From: a virus
Reading direction: 5' to 3' (one strand)
Length of the DNA: 64,000 nt
IMG/VR virus record: IMGVR_UViG_3300027619_000001
The translations under genes were made by a program, and so were the position numbers. This document shows, in pieces, positions 45,315 to 53,228 of this stretch. The notes beneath the pieces are model-generated. The model did not search any database. It saw only the letters and a list, made by a program, of their open reading frames with translations, and had not been told where the DNA came from. Position 1 is the stretch's first letter; every line of letters starts with the position of its first letter.

Positions 45315-45343
45315 AATGTAATACTGAAACAGAAACGTGTCAA
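45315..45343 (-). promoter_or_regulatory. Leftward early promoter
   Basis: Minus strand: TTGACA (45343..45338), 17 nt, TACATT (45320..45315). Confidence 0.55.
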
Positions 45344-45475
45344 GCACTATTTCTCATCTGCCTGTAGAAATGTCGGCACGGCGACCGATACAGCGATTGA
45401 CCGACCGGAGTAACCATCGGCCAACACACTCCCGTAACTTGCGCGCGGTCGCGGTCTGCCGCATGATGGCACTCG

Positions 45476-45499
45476 GAGGATACATATGAGGATACATAT
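45476..45499. repeat. Perfect tandem 12-mer GAGGATACATAT x2 in the divergent control region
   Basis: Read directly. The two units are 45476..45487 and 45488..45499. Confidence 0.8.
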
Positions 45500-45966
45500 A
45501 ATGACCGGCACCCGGACTGACTCGCCGACCTACTCACTTATCGAAGTATTGCTAGGCCCATCCATCTACCCGACACTGCCAGCTACCCGTTGCCACGCGC
45601 CCACAACCGTCCCACTCGTTGACCGCGTGACCTGGATAACCGATGCCGCGATGCGGGAGTGTGCCAGCAGACAGTCCGACTGGGAACGGGAGCTTGGACG
45701 GTGGCGAGCTTAGGACGGTAGAACGGTAGAGTGTCAGTCAGTCACACAAACACACTGGCCGGCATGCCTATCGTCATGCCATTGCCTATACCGTTGCCTA
45801 CACCGTCACTCATGCCAATACTGTCCGCTCATGCCCGAGCCCATGTTCCGGTACAAGGGGTAGGGCGGGGGCTCGTACAGGCCGAATCGCGGATGCCTAG
45901 ACTTTCGTACACTAATTTCAAAAATTGTCGAAATTCCGTCCTCGCCGTTTTTGTTGAAAATTTTCC

Positions 45967-45996
45967 TTGACAGTTTCGCCAAGTCCGGCGTATTGT
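45967..45996 (+). promoter_or_regulatory. Rightward promoter
   Basis: TTGACA (45967..45972), 18 nt, TATTGT (45991..45996). An A/T-rich tract lies upstream. The gene ATG is at 46010. Confidence 0.55.
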
Positions 45997-46009
45997 GATC
46001 TCAACCTAA

Positions 46010-46291
46010 ATGGCGAAATACAAATCATCTATCGTCGCGTTCGATCCCGCGATTGAAAAGTCGATTGCACGCACCTACGACGACTTGTCTCAAGACGATG
46101 TTGTGGGTTTGCTGGTTCACGCCAAGGGCGGGGATTCGATCGAAGTGCTGGCCGCTAGAGTGGGGGTGTCGTTTCAGTATCTGGCTAGGGTGCTGACCGG
46201 GGAGCGGTCGCCGGGGCCGAAGGTGCTTAAGTTTCTGGGTGCGAAAAAAGTGGTGGCGTATCGGCTAGTGGTGAACAAGGAGAAAAAGTAA
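46010..46291 (+). CDS. Cro/XRE-like HTH protein
   Basis: IEVLAARVGVSFQYLARVLTGERSPG. It is the first gene after the rightward promoter. Confidence 0.5.
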   Translation: MAKYKSSIVAFDPAIEKSIARTYDDLSQDDVVGLLVHAKGGDSIEVLAARVGVSFQYLARVLTGERSPGPKVLKFLGAKKVVAYRLVVNKEKK

Positions 46292-46516
46292 ATGCTAAGA
46301 GTCATGCGAATTACGGGAGCTCAGTGGTCGTTCATCTGGGCCAAACTCATGCCCATGCAGCGTAGGTCGGCGGATTGGGTGGGTACCGATAATCTTATCC
46401 TCAACGACGAGGATGGTCCGATACTCCTGACGATTGGAAAGGCCGAGGTGATTACCGAACCCCCAGAGCGAGTGAGGCGATATCTGGATAAGTTCGAACA
46501 ACAGCTTATCGAGTGA
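46292..46516 (+). CDS. Small hypothetical protein
   Basis: The ATG directly follows the previous TAA. Confidence 0.45.
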   Translation: MLRVMRITGAQWSFIWAKLMPMQRRSADWVGTDNLILNDEDGPILLTIGKAEVITEPPERVRRYLDKFEQQLIE

Positions 46517-46534
46517 CGAGAGGACCGTCCCGCC

Positions 46535-46566
46535 GAACGATGGAACGATGGAACGATGGAACGATG
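46535..46566. repeat. Perfect tandem octamer GAACGATG x4
   Basis: Read directly. Each unit contains an ATG, and the ATG at 46556 is in frame with the downstream ORF. Confidence 0.85.
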
Positions 46567-46642
46567 TGGTGTTGAGGTTTCTGGGGTTGGAAAGAGCGGT
46601 GGTGGAAGGGTATCGCGTGGGCGGAGTAACGGGGATCGATCG

Positions 46643-46891
46643 ATGAGTGATACTCCAACAAATCCAAACATGGATCGCATCAAATGCACATCCGTGACCG
46701 ATACCCTGATGAAAGCGATGGAGCGCGCGGATTCGATGGATGGCGTGCTGGTGCTGTTCTACAAGCGCTCGGATACCGATCAGGAGATAGGGTGCTCATT
46801 TAGTTCGGATGACATGCGGGCAGACTCGACACTGTGGCTGCTGGAGCAATACAAAGCGTGGCTGCTGGGGCTTGCTAGGAGAGAGGACTGA
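46643..46891 (+). CDS. Hypothetical protein (start 46643, or 46556 inside the octamer repeat)
   Basis: The frame is shared with track ORF 46556..46891. MSDTPTNPNMDRIK... looks like the native N-terminus. Confidence 0.45.
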   Translation: MSDTPTNPNMDRIKCTSVTDTLMKAMERADSMDGVLVLFYKRSDTDQEIGCSFSSDDMRADSTLWLLEQYKAWLLGLARRED

Positions 46892-46893
46892 TC

Positions 46894-47199
46894 ATGGGTA
46901 GCGTCAAAATCACCGTCGAACTCAAGTGCGCCCAGTGCGGGAAGAAGTTGTCTGTGCATGGCAAGATGAAGCACGGGCGTAAGAGAATGGGCTCATGGGT
47001 CGTGATGCCGGGTGTGTGGAAGACGGATTGGTATGTGCGCGAGGGGCAGCCGATACAGGAGTCGTCCATACAGATCACCAAGGGCGTTAGTTACTCTGAC
47101 GGCGACGACGAAGATCTGTATTGCTCGAAGGAGTGCGTGCTGGAGTTCGTGACCGGGGTGCTGCCGAGACTGAAAGCGGATGGCGACAACGATGACTAA
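46894..47199 (+). CDS. Zinc-ribbon protein
   Basis: CAQCGKK...CSKEC. Confidence 0.5.
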   Translation: MGSVKITVELKCAQCGKKLSVHGKMKHGRKRMGSWVVMPGVWKTDWYVREGQPIQESSIQITKGVSYSDGDDEDLYCSKECVLEFVTGVLPRLKADGDNDD

Positions 47200-47215
47200 A
47201 ACTGGAGCGCGATAA

Positions 47216-47605
47216 ATGGGTGAAGGTAAACTCAAATCCGAACTGGCGAACGAATTCTATCGCGATAACCAGCGCAAGATAGAAGCTGCGGTCGAGGCTG
47301 TGCGCAGGAATTACGAGAAGACGATGGAGGCGATGGCCATCAGGATGGACGCGGATGGGTACGAGGCGGTTGAGGGTGATCTGGCGGTGCTCAGGGATTT
47401 TAAGACCGTGCTGGATGCTTATGACCAGTTGCATGCGCACCTGCATCACTTCTCGAAGTACCACGCGGCGGACGAGGATGCGTTCATGGGCGGGGAATTC
47501 TATCTGGGTACGGAGTGTGTGAGTTGTGAATTCTCCCGGTCCCAGCACCGGGCGGTGGTCGAGTATGCGGATCGGTTGAAAGCGGAAGGACAGTTGAAAG
47601 GTTAA
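47216..47605 (+). CDS. Hypothetical helical protein
   Basis: 129-aa ORF. Confidence 0.5.
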   Translation: MGEGKLKSELANEFYRDNQRKIEAAVEAVRRNYEKTMEAMAIRMDADGYEAVEGDLAVLRDFKTVLDAYDQLHAHLHHFSKYHAADEDAFMGGEFYLGTECVSCEFSRSQHRAVVEYADRLKAEGQLKG

Positions 47606-47606
47606 C

Positions 47607-47966
47607 GTGGCCGCTATGGATGACGATGAGTTAAAAAGCGAAGCCATAAGCAAGGCGCGGTTGGGGGTGAAAATTGCGGCTGGATACACGGTCATCCGCA
47701 ATCTGCGCGGCAATTGGCCCGAGTGGTGCGTCGATTTAGACGATGGCCGAGTGGTGTTTATTTATATCCGGTACGGTGAGGTTAGGGTCGGAGTCGGACC
47801 GTCTGAGGTAGAAGCGTCGAACGTAGCCGAGGAAGTACGCGAGGGGGAGAAGTACGGCGGCGTGGTTGGTGTGTTTGAGGCGCTTGAGTTGTTGCAGGAG
47901 TTGGGATATTACTACGTTTGCCCGACGTATCGGGAAGCGGAGACGAAGAAGGCGGCGAAAGTATGA
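47607..47966 (+). CDS. Hypothetical protein
   Basis: GTG start 2 nt after the previous stop. Confidence 0.45.
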   Translation: MAAMDDDELKSEAISKARLGVKIAAGYTVIRNLRGNWPEWCVDLDDGRVVFIYIRYGEVRVGVGPSEVEASNVAEEVREGEKYGGVVGVFEALELLQELGYYYVCPTYREAETKKAAKV

Positions 47967-48196
47967 TAACCCCCGCACCTACCGATCCATGTACATGGGG
48001 GTGGTCCGCACCACGACTCCATCCTTGCGCCCTCCGCCAGCCGGGGCAACCGCCCGCTCGTATATCGTTCCCGTAACCGCCACGTATACCATCCCATGTG
48101 GCGTGTGGATGTCAGATCGAGGTGTGAGAGTTATGAAACATGGGAGGAAGCTGTGGACAGGGCAATGGAGATGACAACAATAACGGGAGGACGATA

Positions 48197-48388
48197 ATGG
48201 CGCACAAACGTGGCAAGGCCGAAAAGAGGCAGGTGGAGATGGGGGAGAAATTCAAATTGGATGCGATGCGTCTGGCACGTTGGTCTCTGGAAAAGTCCAT
48301 CGAGTGGATCAACGGTGGCGACGCCGTGTGGGCGTTGGTGCATGCTAAGCGGGCGGTAGCGATGCTGGAGGCCGCGAGGACGGTATGA
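48197..48388 (+). CDS. Small hypothetical protein
   Basis: RBS gggagga before Met MAHKRG (the track ORF starts at 48140). Confidence 0.4.
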   Translation: MAHKRGKAEKRQVEMGEKFKLDAMRLARWSLEKSIEWINGGDAVWALVHAKRAVAMLEAARTV

Positions 48389-48612
48389 GCGCAGAGTACG
48401 ATACTCTCGACCTGCATCACGCGCCTATGACGATGGCGGCGCTACATACCCTGCTTACAATGTTGTCGCAAGGGTCTTCCGTGCTGGTTGTCAATCCAGT
48501 TAAAGGCGGTGACGGTGAGTTTGTGCATCGGCTGGAGTTGTCGATCGTCGCCGCCCACGAAGCGAGGGTGAGGACGGCGCGGGAACGGGAACGGGCTAGG
48601 GTGGGAGGATAG
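48385..48612 (+). CDS. Small hypothetical protein
   Basis: ATGA coupling. Confidence 0.45.
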   Translation: MSAEYDTLDLHHAPMTMAALHTLLTMLSQGSSVLVVNPVKGGDGEFVHRLELSIVAAHEARVRTARERERARVGG

Positions 48613-48614
48613 TA

Positions 48615-48947
48615 ATGGCCAAGATGAAAAACTGGCACTGCAACTGCGATGACGAGTTCGATACCAAGGAACAGTTGGCCTCTCACTACCGCAAAGAGCA
48701 CCCCGAGGACGGCTACGGGTGCTGGGATCAGGCGGGAACACTGGGAGATAAATTCTCCGATAACGCAATGAACGCGGTGCTGGAACGTTTCATGGATGAG
48801 CGAAACGCCATGACGAAGACGCGCACCGAACTGAAAGCCTATAAGGATAAGCATGCATCGATGGTGACGAATTACAACGAGTTGTCGCGGCGATTGCAGA
48901 TCGTGCAACTGGCCGTGGCGTTTACCGAACCGCACAAAGCGGAATAG
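48615..48947 (+). CDS. C2H2-like zinc-finger protein
   Basis: WHCNCDDEFDTKEQLASHYRKEH. Confidence 0.5.
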   Translation: MAKMKNWHCNCDDEFDTKEQLASHYRKEHPEDGYGCWDQAGTLGDKFSDNAMNAVLERFMDERNAMTKTRTELKAYKDKHASMVTNYNELSRRLQIVQLAVAFTEPHKAE

Positions 48948-48954
48948 TCGCGCA

Positions 48955-49113
48955 ATGGCTTATGAAATCGAGCGTCTCGCCAATCGAATATCGCACGACA
49001 AAATGGGGTTCGCCAAGCGATCCGTGGATGCGTACCTGCAACGCCTCGGTGCCAAGAGGCTGGTCGAGACAGAAAGCGGCGCGGCGATGGCCAGCGGAGA
49101 ATTGTTCGACTAA
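48955..49113 (+). CDS. Small hypothetical protein (52 aa, not in the track)
   Basis: Own translation: MAYEIERLANRISHDKMGFAKRSVDAYLQRLGAKRLVETESGAAMASGELFD*. I prefer it to the overlapping track ORF 48962..49165 on composition only. Confidence 0.3.
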   Translation: MAYEIERLANRISHDKMGFAKRSVDAYLQRLGAKRLVETESGAAMASGELFD

Positions 49114-49197
49114 GTTTGTAAATATTTACCTCACTGCCACTTTTTGCTCACATCCACAACCTTAACCGTGATATATCGAGAACTGGAGAACAATACT

Positions 49198-49758
49198 ATG
49201 GCATGGGACGACATGTTTCACATCCATCGCCAGCCTAAACCCGATCCAAAACTGGATGAACTCCGGGAAATAGAACGCACCGATCAGCGTATCGAAGCCG
49301 ATCTCGATAAACTGGTGGGGGCGCTCGTGCCCCGGTTGAGTTTCATCAAGATCGCATTCCAACCCCCAAGGGGATTACAAGGAGATGTTATGGCAGAAGG
49401 ACCAGTGGTACTTGCATCAGGTCAGTTGACAACCGCGTCGATTGACTATTTCGATCAGACCGGGGCACCGATGCCCGCGACGTTCGTTCCTCCGAATATC
49501 ACGTTTGCGATTGACAATCCGGCTATCGCAACCTCAACCCCCAATCCCGACAACCAGACCGATGTGGTCGCGTATGTGTCGGCGGGTGTAGCCAACCTGA
49601 CCGCGAGTTGCACCAGCGCGGAAGGGCTGGCGCTGACCGATACCGAGACTGTCACATGCAGCCCGGTTGTGCTGCCGCCTCCGGTGCTGTCGAGCATCAA
49701 GGTTAACTTCGCTGCTCCGACTGGCGGAACAGCGGTCGCCGCAGCGCGGAAGAAGTAG
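49198..49758 (+). CDS. Protein with bacterial Ig-like (Big_2-like) C-terminal domain
   Basis: RBS ggaga. ITFAIDNPAIATSTPNPDNQTDVVAYVSAGVANLTASCTS. Confidence 0.5.
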   Translation: MAWDDMFHIHRQPKPDPKLDELREIERTDQRIEADLDKLVGALVPRLSFIKIAFQPPRGLQGDVMAEGPVVLASGQLTTASIDYFDQTGAPMPATFVPPNITFAIDNPAIATSTPNPDNQTDVVAYVSAGVANLTASCTSAEGLALTDTETVTCSPVVLPPPVLSSIKVNFAAPTGGTAVAAARKK

Positions 49759-49851
49759 AAGAGATAACGACAGTTTCATCAACCGGGGGGCTGGCCGAGC
49801 CGCAACGAGCCAGTAATCGATAACGGATTTCTATATCTATCTTCGAGGTGA

Positions 49852-50181
49852 ATGAAAATGTCAACGACTCCGAATCCGACTCCTGCGCCCGTGTCCACTG
49901 CTCCGGCACCGATACCTGCGCCAGCATCCACTATCAGCCCCACGCCAACTCCCGCATCCGCCACCGCCATCGCTGCCGTACAGGCCGATCTGTCGTCCGA
50001 CGTTACCGCTGTCAAGGGCGCGTTGATCTCGGTAGCGGCTCAGGCGAGGACGGAATACGAAGCTCTCGATGCCGCATCACAAGCGAAAATTCACCAACTT
50101 TTCAACGACCTGGAATCGCTTAAAAATGCGTCCTTGGCCGGGATGCATTCACTTTTTGGCGCACAAAAGCCAACTACGTAA
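49852..50181 (+). CDS. Pro/Ala/Thr-rich protein
   Basis: 109-aa ORF followed by a terminator. Confidence 0.45.
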   Translation: MKMSTTPNPTPAPVSTAPAPIPAPASTISPTPTPASATAIAAVQADLSSDVTAVKGALISVAAQARTEYEALDAASQAKIHQLFNDLESLKNASLAGMHSLFGAQKPTT

Positions 50182-50198
50182 CGGACGCTGAATGAAAT

Positions 50199-50233
50199 GT
50201 GGGGGTAGAAAAGCCCCCACGCTATTTTATTTT
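50199..50233 (+). terminator. Rho-independent terminator
   Basis: Stem GTGGGGG (50199..50205) pairs with CCCCCAC (50214..50220), 8-nt loop, followed by gctATTTTATTTT. Confidence 0.7.
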
Positions 50234-50244
50234 GAGGTTCGATT

Positions 50245-51030
50245 ATGGCTTGGTCTCTTTATCTGATGAAAGACATTACCGATAAGAAATTTGGGCGGTT
50301 GACGGCTCGCTGGCCTGTAGGGAAATACAAAGACGGGGCCGCGCTGTGGTTGTGCTCATGTGACTGTGGAAAGTTAAAAGTGGTCATGGGCAGTGCCATA
50401 CGCAGACTAGTTGTTCGTAGTTGCGGCTGCTTGGTGGCAGATAGGGCTCAACGCTTGGGTTGGGGCAATCTCGGGACCAATAATCCCAACTTCGCGCATG
50501 GTTATGCTAGAAAAGGAAAGCAAACCCCCGAATACAAAACTTGGACAAGCATGATCAATCGCTGTCAGAGTACTCGCGAGAAAACGTGGAAGATTTATGG
50601 TGGACGTGGGATAACAGTTTGTGGTCGCTGGCGCAGCAGTTTCCGCTATTTTCTTGCCGACATGGGTACTCGTCCAGAAGGTATGACGTTGGATCGCATC
50701 GACAACGACAAAGGGTATGAACCGGGCAACTGTCGTTGGGCGACTCCTGCTCAACAATCACACAATAGAAGAGTGTCTCGGCATAACTACATGCCTGAAG
50801 CTTCTGGTGATCCTTCTCTTATGAGCGCACCTGATGGTGCAGCGTGGGCGCACGAATTTGCTTCTATGGCCAAAAAACGACCGGCGATGGCCGCCGATTT
50901 GGTGCTGTTGACGGAGTGGTTTAATGCCGCTATAAGAGCGGGAAGAAAGCAGACCACAGCGGCAGATGAGGAACTGAAAGCGATGCTGTTACGTTTGAGC
51001 GCCACGGTAGAGAGTCAGGCGATTCAATGA
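50245..51030 (+). CDS. Degenerate HNH_3/AP2-like homing-endonuclease-family protein
   Basis: FGRLTA...WLCSCDCG...SCGC. YKTWTSMINRC...YGGRGITVCGRW..F..FLADMG.RPEG. LDRIDNDKGYEPGNCRWATPAQQSHNR. AT-richer than its flanks. Confidence 0.55.
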   Translation: MAWSLYLMKDITDKKFGRLTARWPVGKYKDGAALWLCSCDCGKLKVVMGSAIRRLVVRSCGCLVADRAQRLGWGNLGTNNPNFAHGYARKGKQTPEYKTWTSMINRCQSTREKTWKIYGGRGITVCGRWRSSFRYFLADMGTRPEGMTLDRIDNDKGYEPGNCRWATPAQQSHNRRVSRHNYMPEASGDPSLMSAPDGAAWAHEFASMAKKRPAMAADLVLLTEWFNAAIRAGRKQTTAADEELKAMLLRLSATVESQAIQ

Positions 51031-51094
51031 AGACACTGGCCGGGATTCACACATTGTTCGGTGAGAAAGCGCCGACGAAATAACGAACACTGTC

Positions 51095-51493
51095 ATGCGT
51101 TTACTTGTATGCGGTTCCAGAGAATGGGCGGATGCGTCGGTGATCGAGCAACATCTTCGCCGACTACATCCGTCCGTTGTCATACACGGTGGAGCGCGGG
51201 GTGCGGACGTTATCGCAGGCAATGTGGCTATCCGCCTCGGTGTCCCCGTCGAAATTTACCGCGCGGACTGGGACAAGCATGGTCGCGGGGCAGGATTTAT
51301 TCGTAATCAGCAAATGCTCGATGAAGGAAGGCCAGACAGAGCAATTGCGTTTTGGAATGGATACAGCCGCGGCACCAAGGACATGATCAACCGGACAATA
51401 CACGCACACGTTCCCTTGGAGGTTGTGGCTCCGGATGGATATCCTGCAAGATTTGCTGTGGAAGCAGCGACGGGTGAAACCACATGTCCGTAG
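51095..51493 (+). CDS. DUF2493 / YspA-type SLOG-domain protein
   Basis: MRLLVCGSREW...VVIHGGARGADVIAG...ADWDKHGRGAGFIRNQQML...AIAFWNGYSRGTKDMI. Confidence 0.6.
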   Translation: MRLLVCGSREWADASVIEQHLRRLHPSVVIHGGARGADVIAGNVAIRLGVPVEIYRADWDKHGRGAGFIRNQQMLDEGRPDRAIAFWNGYSRGTKDMINRTIHAHVPLEVVAPDGYPARFAVEAATGETTCP

Positions 51494-51554
51494 AAGGAAA
51501 GGATAGTGTATGAACCGCCGCGATCTGCTGAAACGTATCATAACCGGAGCGGCT

Positions 51555-51666
51555 TTGCACAAGAAGCCCTCCTCTGGTGACCCCTTATGAGGGCCACTTC
51601 TTGTGCAGCCAACGGGGTTTTTGTGCAGGCCGGAGGCTTCTTGTGCAGAAGATGATTCTTGTGCAA
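51555..51666. repeat. Iteron array: one inverted plus four direct copies of CTTCTTGTGCAR
   Basis: TTGTGCAG at 51601, 51621 and 51641 (exact 20-nt phasing). TTGTGCAA at 51659. Inverted copy TTGCACAAGAAG at 51555..51566. Confidence 0.85.
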
Positions 51667-51686
51667 AGCCAACCGGAGCCCCGGCG

Positions 51687-52088
51687 ATGGCGTTGTCGCT
51701 GCCTGCGTTGGCCGACATTAATTTATCTTCCCTACCGCTATCCGCTCCTGATGACTTTATGTTCCACGGATGGCGCTGCGTGTGGGGCGGATGGCGCGAC
51801 ATGCCGAACATGGACGTGCGCGTCGGGTTCTGGACGGCATACGGAGCCCAGACGGATACATGGCATTTATACTCGGCATGGCCGGGCGCGGTGGGGCCGT
51901 TCGTGCGCGGGGCGCAGATTGATATCAGTCTCAAAAAAGATCAGATTATGCCGGACTATATGTGTTTCGAAAACGACTTGAAGTGGTTTCGCAACGAGTG
52001 TCTTGAACGCCTGAAACGGATGATCGTCAAAGCAGGACCGCCGCCTTTTCCGATTGATGCATGGTGGGAAGGGAAGCTGATACCGTGA
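51687..52088 (+). CDS. Hypothetical protein
   Basis: Met MALSLPAL is in the frame of track ORF 51603..52088, immediately after the iterons. Confidence 0.45.
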   Translation: MALSLPALADINLSSLPLSAPDDFMFHGWRCVWGGWRDMPNMDVRVGFWTAYGAQTDTWHLYSAWPGAVGPFVRGAQIDISLKKDQIMPDYMCFENDLKWFRNECLERLKRMIVKAGPPPFPIDAWWEGKLIP

Positions 52089-52162
52089 GTACGTTATAAC
52101 ATACTGTTCGATTGTCGCAATGACCGACCGGGGGTGCGTATCGGACCAACGCACGAATTTAT

Positions 52163-52372
52163 ATGCCAGTCATTCTCAAAGCCCGATCTCTTGGACCAAC
52201 GAGTCTCGTGGCCACCCATCACCACCATTTCGTCTCCGGTCCACCGGACGAATTCACTCTGTTCGTCAACGCCGTCAACAACGCCGACAAGATCGCGTGG
52301 GCGCGGCACTGCTGGATACTGCACGAAAAGTTCTGGCACGAAGAGTGGAAGGAAAGGAAACTATCGGTATGA
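52163..52372 (+). CDS. Small hypothetical protein
   Basis: Its stop overlaps the next start (ATGA at 52369). Confidence 0.4.
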   Translation: MPVILKARSLGPTSLVATHHHHFVSGPPDEFTLFVNAVNNADKIAWARHCWILHEKFWHEEWKERKLSV

Positions 52373-52644
52373 CCGTATCCGTGTCCGACATTTCCCGCGT
52401 CACCATCGACTACATGTTCCGCGACCGGAACACGATCAAGTCGATGCTCCTGTGCGTCGAGGACCGGGAGGGGTATGACACTATCGCGCGGCTGTGCTCG
52501 GCGCGTGGGATGGATGTGGACGAGTTGATGGCCGAGGCGTTAAAGGATCAGCAAGCGAAACGGGATGCGTTCCGCAATGGTAAAGTGGGGATGACCAGCA
52601 GCAAAGAGATCAAAGTACCGTTCACGTACAAGGCGGGATTGTGA
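52369..52644 (+). CDS. Small hypothetical protein
   Basis: RBS ggaaggaaagga. Met MTVSVSD is in the frame of track ORF 52120..52644. Confidence 0.45.
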   Translation: MTVSVSDISRVTIDYMFRDRNTIKSMLLCVEDREGYDTIARLCSARGMDVDELMAEALKDQQAKRDAFRNGKVGMTSSKEIKVPFTYKAGL

Positions 52645-53228
52645 GCACTTTTGGCGTCGTTGCCCTCTCCGTCCTCATCGGCGTCTTCATCTCCCTGCTG
52701 ATCGGGGCATCGGCCTATCTGATATTCGTTGCGTGGTCGTTCAAGAAGATTGTCACCGAGACCCGTGCCACCCTCACCGCCCACCGCGAACAATGGGCTA
52801 CCTCCCTTACCGGACTCAGCGCTATACTCACTCAACATAGGACCGAAACCTCCCATGCCATCTCCGCGATCAACGGGCAGCAAATCGGCGAAGCGGTCGA
52901 AAGGTTCAGCCAGCTCATCGTCAACTTCGGCAAAGTCGCGCAGCGCAGCGAAGCCGCCGCGATCGCGATCACAACATGCACGAGAGAGTGGCTCGCCTCA
53001 GACACGACGGACGAAGAAGACGATGGCTCCTCTACCACTGGCCCCGGAATCCCCGGCATTCCTAGCTCCTACCGACCTCCCAGTGTCGGCGGCAGCGGGA
53101 TCGCAGGAGTCGGCCTCGACGGGTACGCGGTTGCTGCTCCAGGGGAACACTTCATCGGACGGTCAAAAGTTGCTATCTCCGATGCCGAAGCACTCTTACA
53201 AGAACAGACCGATCACACACAAACCTAA
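52641..53228 (+). CDS. Membrane-anchored protein
   Basis: GTGA coupling. TM VVALSVLIGVFISLLIGASAYLIFVAW. Confidence 0.5.
   Translation: MSTFGVVALSVLIGVFISLLIGASAYLIFVAWSFKKIVTETRATLTAHREQWATSLTGLSAILTQHRTETSHAISAINGQQIGEAVERFSQLIVNFGKVAQRSEAAAIAITTCTREWLASDTTDEEDDGSSTTGPGIPGIPSSYRPPSVGGSGIAGVGLDGYAVAAPGEHFIGRSKVAISDAEALLQEQTDHTQT

Noticed and set aside
45731-45970. 79-aa ORF inside the divergent control region.
   Set aside because: The Pro/Leu-rich translation is generated by short DNA repeats. It has no RBS and runs into the -35 box of the rightward promoter. It is more likely regulatory DNA.
47987-47998. Perfect 12-bp palindrome CCATGTACATGG in the 230-nt gap 47967..48196.
   Set aside because: It is a single short palindrome with no partner sites, T-tract or promoter elements. 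There is insufficient evidence for a feature.
50237-50247. GGTTCGATT resembling a tRNA T-loop. I made a general search for tRNA/tmRNA genes in the intergenic gaps.
   Set aside because: No acceptor/anticodon stems can be drawn around it, and it overlaps the RBS/start of the next gene. I saw no cloverleaf candidate elsewhere.
51510-51590. 26-aa ORF beginning MNRRDLLKRIITGAAL, which looks like a twin-arginine signal peptide.
   Set aside because: It stops after 26 codons with no mature domain and overlaps the first (inverted) iteron. It is probably fortuitous or a remnant.
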